In this document: positions 47,401-59,086 of the stretch, piece by piece
Layout: each line of letters opens with the position of its first letter
Position numbering within the stretch: the stretch's first letter is position 1
Source: Anthoceros angustus
Taxonomy: Eukaryota > Plantae > Anthocerotophyta
NCBI GenBank assembly: GCA_010909165.1
Contig: VJWM01000301.1
Coordinates: forward strand, 49,334-113,333
Reading direction: 5' to 3'
Length of the DNA stretch: 64,000 nt
Notes under the pieces: model-generated
What the model saw: only the letters and a program-made list of their open reading frames with translations
Databases searched by the model: none
Told to the model about the DNA's origin: nothing
Made by a program: the position numbers and the translations under genes

Positions 47401-50001
47401 CAACGTTCTTCACCATTACCTCACCAGTACCCAAACTGCTACCCCCCTCCCTGATGCCAGCCTTTATGGACACTCCTTCGCTGATTCCCCTCTTGATCTT
47501 GAGGGGGCCCACTACGACCCAGATGATCTACAATCTCAAGCTGTGAATCAGCAATTTTCCATCCCAGGTCCTGCACCCATTGTCCAACCAAAGATCACCG
47601 CCCCTTCTTCCGTACCCACACTAGAAGCAGTATGCCACTAGGGTCGCAGCCACAACTCATCTACCAACCTCCCGATTCAAGTCAGCACACAGAGGTAAGC
47701 GAACTCCTAGGTATTCCCGAACCTCACTCACCACCGCAGAACCCGAATAAAGAACTCCCTGCATCATCTCGACATAGGCCTCCCGAGACGAATGGAGCCC
47801 CATATGTACCGGAGATATCCTCATACAAGACAAATTGCAGAAGCAGACGCCTGGACACACAACAGCAAAGAAGTTCAAATAGCTCTTCATCAAGCATTAT
47901 CAATCGAAATGCAAGGAGTCCCACTCACAATAGAAGAGGCTTTCAAATCTCCAGAGTGGACAGCAGCTGCAAAAGATGAGTATGACTCTCTTATAGCAAA
48001 TAAGACTTGGGAACTGATAGACTTGCCTCCAGGCAGAAAGCCCATATCCTGCAAATGGACATTTCGGAGGAAGCTCAACCCGGACGGCACAGTGTCAAGA
48101 TACAAAGGACGACTGGTGGCCAGAGGTTTCACTTAGATCCCTGGGTTCGATTATGAGGAGAATCAGTACCCCTTGTCAAATCAACTTCCATTCGAACTCT
48201 TCCGGCCTTTGCGCACATCACCACCTCGATATTCATCAAGTCGACGTAAAACAAAGATTCTTATACGGAACACTCAACGAGGAAATCTATATGTTGCAAC
48301 CACCAGGGTTCGCGAAGGATAACAAGAAGGTTTGCCGACTCTTGAAGTCACTGTATGGTCTCAAACAGTCAGCCCAAGTATGGAACGAGACCGTAGATCA
48401 TTACTTGAAAAAATGCGGATTTGTTCCCCTAACTGCTGACTCAAGTGTTTACCTCATGAGAGATGGGGAGAAGTTCGCCATTGTGACACTTTATGTCGAG
48501 ACAATTTCGTCTTCGAAATGATTCGCTCATGTAAGGTAAAAGACCTTTTATCCAAGGAGTACAAGTTTCAATTGACACCGGGCACGCCTCGGCAATTTGA
48601 GAGAGACCCTAAGAACCACACGTTCTTCATACATCAAGCACACTATGTGGAGCAACTTCTTGAGCGATTCAATCTCAAAGACGCAAAGCCCGTCGCAACA
48701 CCCATAGCAGTGATAAAGTATCGAGAACCGCCTACCACACTAGAGGAGCGTATGGAGATGATCAACATACCATATAGCGAGGCGAGGGAAGTATTCGACT
48801 TATCTATATGGACTCGGACGACGTGGCTCAGTCACAACATTGCTTCACGATATCCGCCAAACCCCAGTGGCACACATCGACACATGTTAAGCGCATTTTG
48901 AGATATCTGAAAGGCACCAAGACGCTCGGACTTTACTACAAAGGTGACCCTAAACACAAACTTACACTCACTTCTTTCTCGATGCGATCAAGGAGACCCG
49001 ACGCCGATCCACACGCCATCGTATGATGATGAATGGAGGATGCATTTCATGGGCGTGTAAGAAGATGCCCACACTATGCCTCTCTTCAACTGAGGCAGAA
49101 TACGCTGCAACCTCACCGGCGCGAAGAAACTCGTGGATCGATAATTCACGAAAGACATTGGAGAGGAGCGACGCCCACAATTCTTGCAGACAATCATCAA
49201 AATAGCTATGACTTTGAACCCCGTTTTGCACGCACGGACTAAGCACGTAGAGATTCAGCACCACTTTATTAGGCAAGTAGTCGCTAGTAAGCAAGTAGCA
49301 CCGCAGATGTAAATAACGATAACACGGCAGATCTCATGACCAAGGGATTGTCGAAGCATCTGCATGAAAGGAACGTACAGGGTATTGGACTTATAAGCAA
49401 GGAGACTTATCTAGGGTTCGCACCCACCGCCAGCAAATTTTAAGGGGAGCTCAAAGATCGACAGGAAGAGGAGTCTTCGCAGCTTGAACATCCATCTTCA
49501 CCAACTCAACAGCTTTATATGGCCGCAGAGGTGTTGATGCGCGATCATGAACTCTTCCATACCGACGCCTTCCCAAGCCGCATGTGATGCTCCAGTCCTT
49601 TTCACCGGACTTCTTCGAATCCTGCCTAGGAACTTCCTGCTCGAGACTTGCGATCTTGTTGCTCACAGCTGAGATTAGGTGACTCATGAACTGAAGGAAC
49701 CACCAGATGCTTGATAAGATGCTCAAGTAGAACGGAGGAACGCTGCAAGATGGCAGCCCATCCGAGCTTCAAATTAGAACCAAGTCACGACGAGGGGAGT
49801 GTTGATGCACAAGTGATTTAGGTGTTCACAGACTAAGTTCTAGGGCACGTTCATTAGGGTTATTTACTTGTACGTAGTTAAGCGCTTTAAGCATTTAACG
49901 TTATTCATTAGTAGCATACAACTTACTATTGTAAGCCTACTTAAGGCGTGTCATGTACACAAGTAAATTACTTCTTCTTCATTATTCTCTCTACTTTTAG
50001 A
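44481..50001 (+). mobile_element. Full-length Ty1/copia element C nested in the integrase of element A
   Basis: LTRs 44481-44687 and 49800-50001. Perfect TSD GTTGT at 44476-44480 and 50002-50006. PBS TGGTATCGAGC at 44688. PPT GAGGGGAG at 49792-49799. Confidence 0.93.
45240..49420 (+). pseudogene. Copia C gag-pol (frameshifted)
   Basis: gag GSDYDIWQMRIQALLEEHDL; knuckle GHYENECRK; protease WFLDCGATTHIC; integrase SFGGHSYFLTFMDEWSRY; RT ISCKWTFRRKLNPDGTVSRYKGRLVARGF; RNase H LSSTEAEY. Confidence 0.9.
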
Positions 50002-50006
50002 GTTGT

Positions 50007-51804
50007 CACTACGCAAGTGCTTAATACGCTGACCAGATTGATTTTCTGCCATGAGCATATACTCTAGAAACTTCTCATATGTTTGGCGTCTTGTATGCAG
50101 AAAGTAAAGACAGCAAAAATGGCTCCATTCGTCCAGAAAAGTAAGGAAGTACACTGCTCCACCGAAAGAGTGGGTGGACATTGGTCCGCATATGTCGGTA
50201 TGTATCACATCCAGCAATCCTTTGGCTTTAGTAGGACTGGGGTCATTATAAGGCTTCTGTGCCAGTTTTCCTATCTGACAGTTCTCACAGAACAATGTGT
50301 CTTGGACTTTAAAATTGATGGGGTCTTTGTATAGGTGTGGCTTTTGCACTAGGTGTCTAACATACGTAAGACTAGGGTGATAGAAACGACAATGCCAGAG
50401 AAGTGTACGATCAACGTAGGGCCTTGCATCAGCAACTAGGGTCTGAGCCACAGGTAAGGTGTCAAATTTGTACAAGTCATGGTAAAGGATACCTTGTGCT
50501 ACTCCTTGGCTGACGTCAGTGCTGGATGTGATGATGCAACCTGCAGGTGTAAAACTAACATAGAGGTTGTGGTCAGCAACTAGTCTCTGCACAGATAGAA
50601 GATTCTTGGTCATACTGGGAACATGTAGCACGTGCTGTAACTGAAGTGATTCACCACCTCTGAGAGGTAAAAGTACTTCTCCATGACCGGCTATGGCTAG
50701 ACCACTGTCATCTCCAAGTAACACAAATTGTCCAGGCAGAATATCAGTGTATGTGAGAAAACTGGTTCTCGAGTAACAAATGTGGTTAGTTGCTCCTGAA
50801 TCCAGGAACCACATGGTTGCATCCGCTTTTGTTAGAGTCAAACAAACTGCCAATATTGCTGGTGCCTTGTTGATGCTGTGAGAATTGCTTGACTGGCCTC
50901 TGATCACAACATGTGATTCCCCTGTAGGCTGATCACGGCGAGGCTCTCCAGCACGTTTCTTCCTACATTCACTTTCGAAATGACCAGGTATTCAGCACCA
51001 GTTACAAGTACCTTTCTTTCTTTGTGATGTAAAACCAGAAGGTGCTGAAAAGGGCCGTCTTGACTGGAAGGGTGGTCTGTAAGAACCTCTTCCTCTGCCT
51101 CGTCCTCTTGTTGTGAAGAGGATATGGGAAGATTGCTGGTGCTGTTGGTTGCGTCCTGAAGCAACACGACTAGATTCTTCCTCAAGAAGAGCACCTATAA
51201 TCTCAGAAACTGTTGTAGATGCCTGGCCATCTCCTACTGCCTTGCGCATAATGGAGTTCTGAGAACTAACGAAAGCTCCGTAGCTAGCAGGCAGTGATGT
51301 AAGAAGAACAACTGCTGCTTGGTCCTCTGGAACATCAGTCCCACACGAGGATAGCTTTGCACGCAAGGTACGAAAGCGATTGATGTGATGCTCTATGCTA
51401 TCAGAATCTTTCATCCTGAGAGCATAGAAATATCTTGTTGCATTAAAAATCGACATGGGATCTTTTGCTGCAAACATATCTCTGAAAACCTTCCAGACTG
51501 CTGCTGAGGTCGTTTGACCTTGTGTATGATGCATCATATTCTTGTCCAAAGGTCGACAATTTCTTGCTCGCCTGCTTTTGCCCAAGCGTACCGCAATTGA
51601 CGGAGGAGAGGCAGATGCCGGGTTTGTGGACTTGCCAGTGACGACATCCATCAGGTCATGTTCCTCCAGCACTGCAGTCAGTCTCATTTCCCAGACTGGG
51701 TAGTCTGATCCGTTGAAACGATCCTTGTCTTTGATGTCCACTTTAGTTGTGTTGTTAATTATTGTATTGGATGCAGTTCCAGATCCTGATCCTGATCCTG
51801 ACAT
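50007..51804 (-). CDS. Copia A gag, protease and integrase N-terminal half
   Basis: ORF 50992-51891 with KDRFNGSDYPVWEMRL and KKGTCNWC; ORF 49951-50907 with WFLDSGATNHIC, LLWHCRFYHPS and DVIHTDICGPM ending KHLRSDN at the C insertion, resuming as APEY at 44475. Confidence 0.92.
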
Positions 51805-52901
51805 ATTTAATGGCTGTAGATTAAGGTCTCTAGGCGAGGTAAGAAGATAAAATGGGTCAATAGGTATTCTGTGGGGTGGTGACCACATCAACTATAGTAG
51901 TATATTTTCTACAGAATGGTGAGATCATCGCCAAAAAGCTTAGCGAGTGATGTGAGGACAAGCTCTACAGGTTCTGACATGTGTTTGCTGACAGGTTTGT
52001 GTGTATGTGATTGCAGCAGTTTTCTGGGTGCAGTTCTAGGTGCAGCATTAATGTTTGTGACTAAACCTCCGTACGACCGGCGATAGTGATGAACTTTCTG
52101 GACTAGAGAAACTATCTGCTCTCTGAGGTTGTTGATTTCCTTCCTGTGCTTTAGCTTGTCAGAAAGTGCGGTGTTCTGTGCTATAGAAAGTCTAATCCTA
52201 AGATCATGTATGTCCCGTGTTGGTAATGATGGCTGACAAGTGCTAAGTTTTCTACATGCAGCGTGACAGGGACAATATGGTGAGAGTGCTATTTCCCGAT
52301 TACAGCAACAAGTTTGTGTCTAGGGGCAAACTGTAGGACATGGACAAGATGTCCTAGTAGTGCGCCTCTTGCTGTTCCTCGTCATGACACGCTGCTCAGG
52401 TATTTTGTCGCTGGCTGCGTTTCCATTGTGAGATTAATCGCCAATGCTCTCGTAGCATTTTGAACATCAAGTCTTGTGCCTGCCTGTGGTTGTGTGATCA
52501 CCGGTGATTTCGACGGACAGCCGATGCGCCGCTTTTCTCCATCGTGCCGAGACTGATCGGCAACAAAATTTCTTTCAAACCCTAGCCGGGTGGCGTGGTG
52601 TATATTCGCCTTCAATCAAGCAATCAACTGGTCGCACGCCATCATGCCAGATGGCTAGCAAACATATAGGGCTTTGATACCATAATGTAGTCGATTACAC
52701 GAGGATCTCGAAAAGCGAAGCGCAGGAGCTGAGGGACGACACCGCAAGGTGCACACATGTAACAATTCGCTACTATCAATTACAAAGAAAAAGATGTCTT
52801 ATAGTACAATGTAAGAGTTAGGTACGCCTCACATAACCTACGCGATTTTAGTTTATATAAAGCTAGGGTTATGGTTTGATAAATACATATCTAATATAGT
52901 C

Positions 52902-53431
52902 ATGTAGGTGGGGTTCCTGCCGCCTCGCCTCCCCCGCCACGCCCGATCCGAGCGATTCTCCCCCAAAACCTCCACCTCACTATCACCGCCTCAGCTTTCC
53001 GGCTCTCCCATGGGCGCCATGCCTATAGGCCCTCTGCCTGTTATTCCGCTCTTCATCGCTGGACAGCCACACCGTGTGCTCCTCCCTCCACGCCCTGGCC
53101 TCCGCTTCGCTCATTTCTCGATCACCACTTGGGGTAGGCCCCGCCTCCTGCTCGGAAGAACCACCGTAAACGCCTGGTGGTCAAGATGTGCGCCAATAGT
53201 TTTCGCCTCCGTCCCCAACAACCACATACACATTTAGAGTGAGCACCCGCTCACCATGCAGGCTGTGACATGAGCATCCCCACCTGCAGAAGCACAATAC
53301 GCCTTCGGCCATGAGGTTCCTACCTCTCCCGTGGACAATCCCGAGCCCGCCTTCCCGAATCCAGATGGGATCCTCACCGGGCAGCTCTGCTTGGACCTCT
53401 CCCACCTCGGTTCCTTCTTCCGCGACGGTGG
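52902..53431 (-). mobile_element. Family G copy G2, upstream part (end of extra ORF and 3' UTR)
   Basis: Reverse complement of 7261-7584 joined to 12684-12877. Carries the empty site (single TGAGC, 53109-53113) of the copia B insertion. Confidence 0.82.
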
Positions 53432-53599
53432 TATAGATCGAGTAAGTAATATAAATTATGCTCGCATAGATTCTGGTGATGATGCAGATCATTTTAATAT
53501 GAAATCATGTCGTTTCTGCCCACGCCTTTTCTTCGATACACCATTCGAGAAGACGGCGTGTCAAAGACGGCGTAATCTGCATTAATAAACTCACCTGCA

Positions 53600-54963
53600 A
53601 TGGCGGAACTCTTGACCGACCAAGAACTTGCCGCCGCCAAGGCCAAGTTCTTAGCTGACCAAAAGGCTAAATGGCTCGAAGACGAGCAAGCCAAATGGGA
53701 AAGAGAACTGGAAGAAATAAAGGAGAAGGAGAGAGCGAAAAGAAAATCTGACTTAAAAACCCTAGTGGTTCAAGCAGATAATTTCAAAGACAAAGATAGA
53801 TTCAATGGAAGAGGGTATGACGTATGGCAAAGTCGTGCCCAAGGAGTGCTACGTAGTCGTGACTTGTGGGAGATCGTCAACGGCACCGAGCCTCGGCATG
53901 CTTGGGACTCAGATGCACAAGATGTTTGGGATGCCAAGGACCAGAGAGCTCGAGATGTTTTAGTTGGTGGCCTTACCGAAGCGATGGTGCGACAAGTTTC
54001 CGAAGCAGACACCTCCTGTGATATGTGGGAGCGCCTAGCTCAATTATACGCCTCCAAAGATAGAATGAGCTTATTGACCGCTACCCGCCATCTCCATACC
54101 CTGAAAATGAAGGAGAATGATTCCATTGATCGCCATATAACTGCTTTCCGCGTCGCCAAAAATAATTTTGAAGCGTCATCTCAAGAGAAGCTCTCCGAGA
54201 AAGCAAAGATTTATTGCTCTCCTTGCCTCCTTACCACCCTCCTATAGGGCCTTTGTGACAACACAAAATGCTGTCCTTAGAGCCGCACAGAAAGAGAAGA
54301 AAGCAAATGGCTCCGCCACACTGGACATGAGTGTCACTGAATCAATTGGAGCCATCATACAGGAGGATGCCAGTCGTCGACAAGAGAATCCTAGATCCAC
54401 CAAGCAGCAGGTGATGTTTACAGGATAAGGTAGAGGAAGAGGACGCGGCAGACCCTTTCCTCCTAGGCCGAATCTTGGTCAATATTCTCCGACTGGAGAA
54501 AACTCTTCTTCTGCAAAAGGTAACAAGAAGAGTGGAGTTATATGTAATTGGTGCAGAATGACAAATCATATGGAGAAGGACTGTAGAAAAAAGAAGAACA
54601 GCGAGCCTAGGAAGGAGGCCACCCCTGGAGCACATGTTGCCATGAAGAAACAATCTTCAGCAACACCATCAGCTCTCACTGTCTGCTTGGCATCATCCAA
54701 GCCCTCAAACCAAAATTGGTATTTAGACAGTGGAGCAACATCACATATCTGTCACAACATAAACTCTTTTGAGTCTTACTCGCCCGCCAAAGGACATCAA
54801 ACTGTCATATTGGGTGATGATCATAACCTCACTATCTCTGCTGTTGGTTCAGTTGTTCTCAGATGCTCTACAGGCCAAGTTCTCTCACTTTCTCATGTCC
54901 TCCATGTACTATCCATGTGTAAAAACCTAGTGTCCGCCGCCAACTTATGTTCAGAACATAGCA
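53600..54963 (+). pseudogene. Truncated copia D gag-protease
   Basis: ORFs 53600-54247, 54168-54428 and 54558-54977: KDKDRFNGRGYDVW, knuckle CNWCRMTNHMEKDC, protease WYLDSGATSHIC. Cut by an E LTR. No own LTR or PBS seen. Confidence 0.88.
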
Positions 54964-55240
54964 TGCAAATATATTAGGGTTAGGGCACTATTCATTAGGG
55001 CACCATTCATTAGGGCACCCTAACTTAAACATTATTATATGCCTAGGGCATTAAGTAGTTACTAGTTAGTTGATCTAGGTAGTTAGTAGTTATAGTAGTT
55101 ACAACTACTAGGCGGTTACAACTACTTATGGTTGTAACCACCTAACCACCTCGCCTGTAAATAGGCTTTGTACTTTCTATTAAATCAATTGTATATGCTT
55201 AAGCATCTTTGCTTAAGGAGTTAGTGTGTGATTTTCATCA
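54964..55240 (+). repeat. Copia E LTR, second copy
   Basis: Inverted near-identical copy of 21379-21629. Ends ATTTTCATCA; start degraded (TGCAAATATATTAGGG). No PPT before and no PBS after. Confidence 0.88.
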
Positions 55241-55576
55241 AAAGACTCCCTGGAGGTTCTCGCTGTCTGGTGTCAGACTCATAGCAACCGGCCCAAGGAA
55301 GAACTTGCTGGTGTGTAGGCGGACCCAGCACAGCCGTATATGCAGCCAAGGCCAGAAGCCAATTGAGGTTAGAATAGGAGGAGGATGAAGGAAGAGTAGA
55401 GAATTAGAGGTGATAGCGGAAGGCCAAGGTGGCCGCCTAAGGGGCTAATCCCAACCAAGTAAGAGGGCGCCCCCGAGTGGGAGAAGATTGGTCTTAGAAG
55501 CGTAGATGAAATTATGTGTGATCGTGGGGTCCCTGGGCGCCCGTGATAGACTCCTTGCTGCTAAGGCAGGCCCTGA

Positions 55577-56865
55577 TGTGGAGCTACTTTTGCTAGCGGA
55601 CTAGCCGGGCGCACACTAACCCAGGGTCGATGTAGTACGGGGGTTCGCTCCACAGGGAATGGACTCGTGCTTATTCTGCCTAAGCTCTACAATTGGGCAC
55701 CTGAACGGACTTCATCATGTTGGGTCCGGCGGTTCCACAACCCTAAGTGTGTGCCCCTTCACAACTCGTCGGGCCAGACGCGCAGCCACCGGACCTTCCC
55801 ACAAACCTCGCCCGGGTGTCTCCAGACCACCGAACAAAGTTTAGCGACGCTGCCTCCGCCAATCCACGACTCCAAAGGCCCCGCCCTCAACTCCTCGTCC
55901 GCCACAACTCCACCTCAACACACACGCCGCAACGCGACCCTCCTCCTGCACCCATAGCTCGTTTTCGCAACACCAGCACGCCGACGTATTCACACCGGAC
56001 CCCCCTTGCTCCTTCCGGCTGCTTCACGTTCTGCGGAGAAGTGGCTTCGCAGCCTGCAACCCCACAGCCTCCATTCTAGCAGCCTCCACGGATGGCTTCT
56101 GCCCAGCAAGGTCATCCCCAAGCGCCCCCTAACCCTTCCTACCGGGTTCACGCTCTGGAGAAGTGGCCACCAGATCCCACAAACCTCCTCCGTTCGTGAC
56201 CTCCAAGGTTAGTCTCGCACCCAGAAATCACCATGAGCACCTCCCGAGCTCAGTCCAACCTCGTGCACCCATCAAGCGTTGGCGGAGCTCGTCACCGTAG
56301 CTCTAAACACATCCCCTACCACCAATTAATCCTGCACGGTGACGCAGGAACTCGCCCGCCCCCGAGCAAAGGCAAGAGCACACTGAGCGCAAGATGGTAC
56401 CCGGATAGTTCACCTCTTGCGCCAGCCTTTATATCCCCACACCCTAATCTAACCCACCCATGTATGTACCTTAACCCCGGATCGTGGTAACCGCCGCACG
56501 GACTTCATTCCGAACGCCCGGTCGGCCGGACTTACTCACGAACGACGCAGGGTCGGACTTCATCTGGCCGAACGCCGCCGGACTTATCTGTCGAACGCCG
56601 GCCCGGACTATTCACGAACGCCGGGCCACCGGACTTACTCCGTCAGACCTCGCTCGGACGGACCACTCCGTCGGACCTCGCCCGGACGGACCACTCTGTC
56701 CGCCAATGGACCAAGGGTCTATGGACTGCATTGTAAGTGCAATCTAGCCAAAAATGGCCTTATTGGCTAACTCCACCCTATTCCTGCTAAGAAGTGACAA
56801 CGCAAAAAATAAATCAAGCCCAAAACAAGTCGCCGAGGTCATGTACACCGGATGGGCGCTCCACA
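55577..56865. mobile_element. Solo LTR of a separate family (F), 1289 bp, inside the H LTR
   Basis: Perfect 8-bp inverted ends TGTGGAGC...GCTCCACA. Flanks CCTGA/CCTGC (4 of 5 TSD match). Host LTR resumes colinearly. Internal CCGGACTT..CGAACG repeats at 56496-56700. Confidence 0.75.
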
Positions 56866-57133
56866 CCTGCAATTGTGTTGTGTCGTTGTAGGTCGAGAAT
56901 TGGTGATTTTTTCCGGAGCAGTGCAAGTGGTGCAGCTGCTGTAAGAGGGAGAGTAGAGGGCGCCTTGCTTATTTAGAAGGCTGAGGTAGGGTGTCACTGC
57001 AGGTAGCGATTGTTTTCCCCAAGACCCGATCTTTCACACAAGTCTCATGGGACGAAACCCAACGTATAAAACGACAAAGGATAAGTGTCAGCTAGAGGGG
57101 AAGCCCAAGCCCCGGGTTTTCCTCCCACATTTT

Positions 57134-57151
57134 TGGCGCCGTTGCCGGGGA
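57134..57151 (+). promoter_or_regulatory. Primer-binding site complementary to the tRNA-Asp 3' end (Athila type)
   Basis: TGGCGCCGTTGCCGGGGA, 4 nt after the LTR end CCCACA. Confidence 0.9.
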
Positions 57152-59086
57152 TTTGTTGCTGAAAGATTGAAGTCTTGTGGTTTCCATCGCTAGGATGCAG
57201 AATGTTTGTGGTTCGGGAGAGACTTGAGAAGGAGATCTAGTGACCATATGTTGTAAAGAAGGAGCATCACGCCCTCTAAACGTCGTGAGTGTGTGCGGAT
57301 GAGAAATTGCAGACACTAAGGGGTGTGAGTTGCTTTCTCCTTAACGACTGTGTGTTGGAGATCATGAAGATGCTTGCAGATGTCTGGTAGGGGAAAGACT
57401 TGAGGAGAAGAGCATAGAAGATCACCCCCACCCGTCACTGCAAGGGATTTGAGAGCTGCACGAAGAAATCGATTGAGAGAAGAGACCGCTACTGCCGCCA
57501 CCCGTCGACAGCAGGAAGAGAACGAGTTACGGGCACTCGAGGAGGAGGCTATCTTCGCTCAGGGTTGTAAAGAAGAGAACGGTGAGCAACAAGAGGACGG
57601 ATCCGAGGAAGACGGTGCGGAGTTCACCCTCCCCTGAGCGCGGTTGGCACTTCACGACCGACGCAGGGCCTTCGCAACGCTGGGCCTTTCGAGGCGGTGA
57701 GTCCACCTCGGTTTCGAGCGAAACCGACAGTGATGAAGAGGCCGTCAGTAGTGGGGAGTTCCAAGCTTGGTCTTAGGACCTAGTCAACGCCGATCGCATC
57801 GCCGCCAACATAGAGGGAACTGCTGGCGAGGGGCGCCGACGCCAGAACGGTCGAGGCCGCGATGAGACCGCGAGGCCGTGGCGCCCGACGCGAGTCCGCT
57901 CGGCGTAAAGGGAGGCGCCGAGTTGGGCCGAGATGCGCGCTCCACTTTCTCGATCGCGCCGAGGCGTGAGGTCTGCTCATTTAAGGGTTGCTGCCCAAAT
58001 TTATAACTCTTCTTTCTCTCTTCTTCCATGTAATTGATAAGGTAACACAAGTTTTGATTTTAGCTTTCGCTTGGTAAAAGTCCCAATTTTCAACTTTTAA
58101 CTGCTTTTTTGGACGTTATTGTCTCGATCTGTGAGGACATATTCTATTGGGGTTGACGGGGTGTAAACAGGTGATCCCGGTGGTGCATAGTCTTCGGAGT
58201 AATGCTTTTTGATTTGCTCGTTGTACGGTCCAGATAAAAAGTTTATCATCTCAAAGATTTCGTCCAGACGTGAATATTTCTACAAGCAATTTTATTTGTT
58301 AGTAATTGAAGTTTTTAAAATTTCAAACAAGCAATTTAATATACTAACCTCAAACAGTGCAAACAACTCCTTTTGTTTCTTCGATAACTACAAACGAAGG
58401 TGGAACAGGTCAGTAAGTTACCTCCATTTCAAGTCGAAGTACGTCCTGCTCGGTAAATACCTTTCTGACTAACAGATCACCACTTCGTTTCAATCAACTG
58501 TGAGGAGCTGGGAGTGTATTGTGTGCTTGTCTCTTGTAAGCCGTCATCTGGTATTGCTGTTTATTAGCGATTTGGGGTTTGAAGGTTATTCTTTTTTCTC
58601 TTTAATGTCTAAACGCTCACTTGCTGAAAAGGGCTTTGGTGTTTGTAGGGGGCTTCAACGCTAGGAGGGTTTGCCCCAACTTTCGGAAAATCTTGCTGGG
58701 AAAAGCATTTTGTGGTTTATTGTCTGATGTAGTGGTGTTGTAGTTTAATTTTGTCTTTCCCAGCTGGGTTTAAAATGGGTAAAATGCATCAGCTTTTCCG
58801 AATGCCTTTTTTTAAACCGTGCATGTCAAGAATGATAAGGCGAAACATGTTTGTTCGTCTCATTATCAAAAAGCAAAGGGCAGTCGGGCATGGGTTTCGT
58901 CGTCAGATGTTGTTGTTGTCTCAGTTGTTACCATCGCCCTTGCTTCTTCGATCATCTGATCATCAACTTCTAAACCTTCCAGCAGGTTTTATCTGGAATT
59001 GTGTTTTTCACAAGTAAGTTAAACAGTGTTGTTTTGCTTTGGTTTGTTTTTCTTGTAGTTCTTCTCTCACAGCTTTTTTCTCACAG

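Larger units (their letters stand above)
41216..52896 (-). mobile_element. Full-length Ty1/copia element A, containing nested element C
   Basis: LTRs 41216-41431 and 52683-52896. PBS TGGTATCAAAGC at 52682-52671. PPT GAGGGAGGG at 41440-41432. TSD TAGCC/TAGTC at 41211-41215 and 52897-52901. An empty paralogous site lies near 12878-12882. Confidence 0.9.
55241..57780 (+). mobile_element. Family H copy H3: remainder of LTR (to 57129), PBS and start of internal region
   Basis: 55241-55576 and 56866-57129 match 26591-27149. Intact PBS follows. Right boundary uncertain. Confidence 0.8.

Noticed and set aside
54972-55010. Telomere-like TTAGGG repeats; apparent TA...CA ends of the E LTR
   Set aside because: Only a few non-tandem TTAGGG words inside an LTR. 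Extending by 10 bp gives canonical TGATAAAAT...ATTTTCATCA ends.
56496-56700. CRISPR-like short repeats
   Set aside because: Irregular degenerate repeats inside a solo LTR, with no constant repeat-spacer period.
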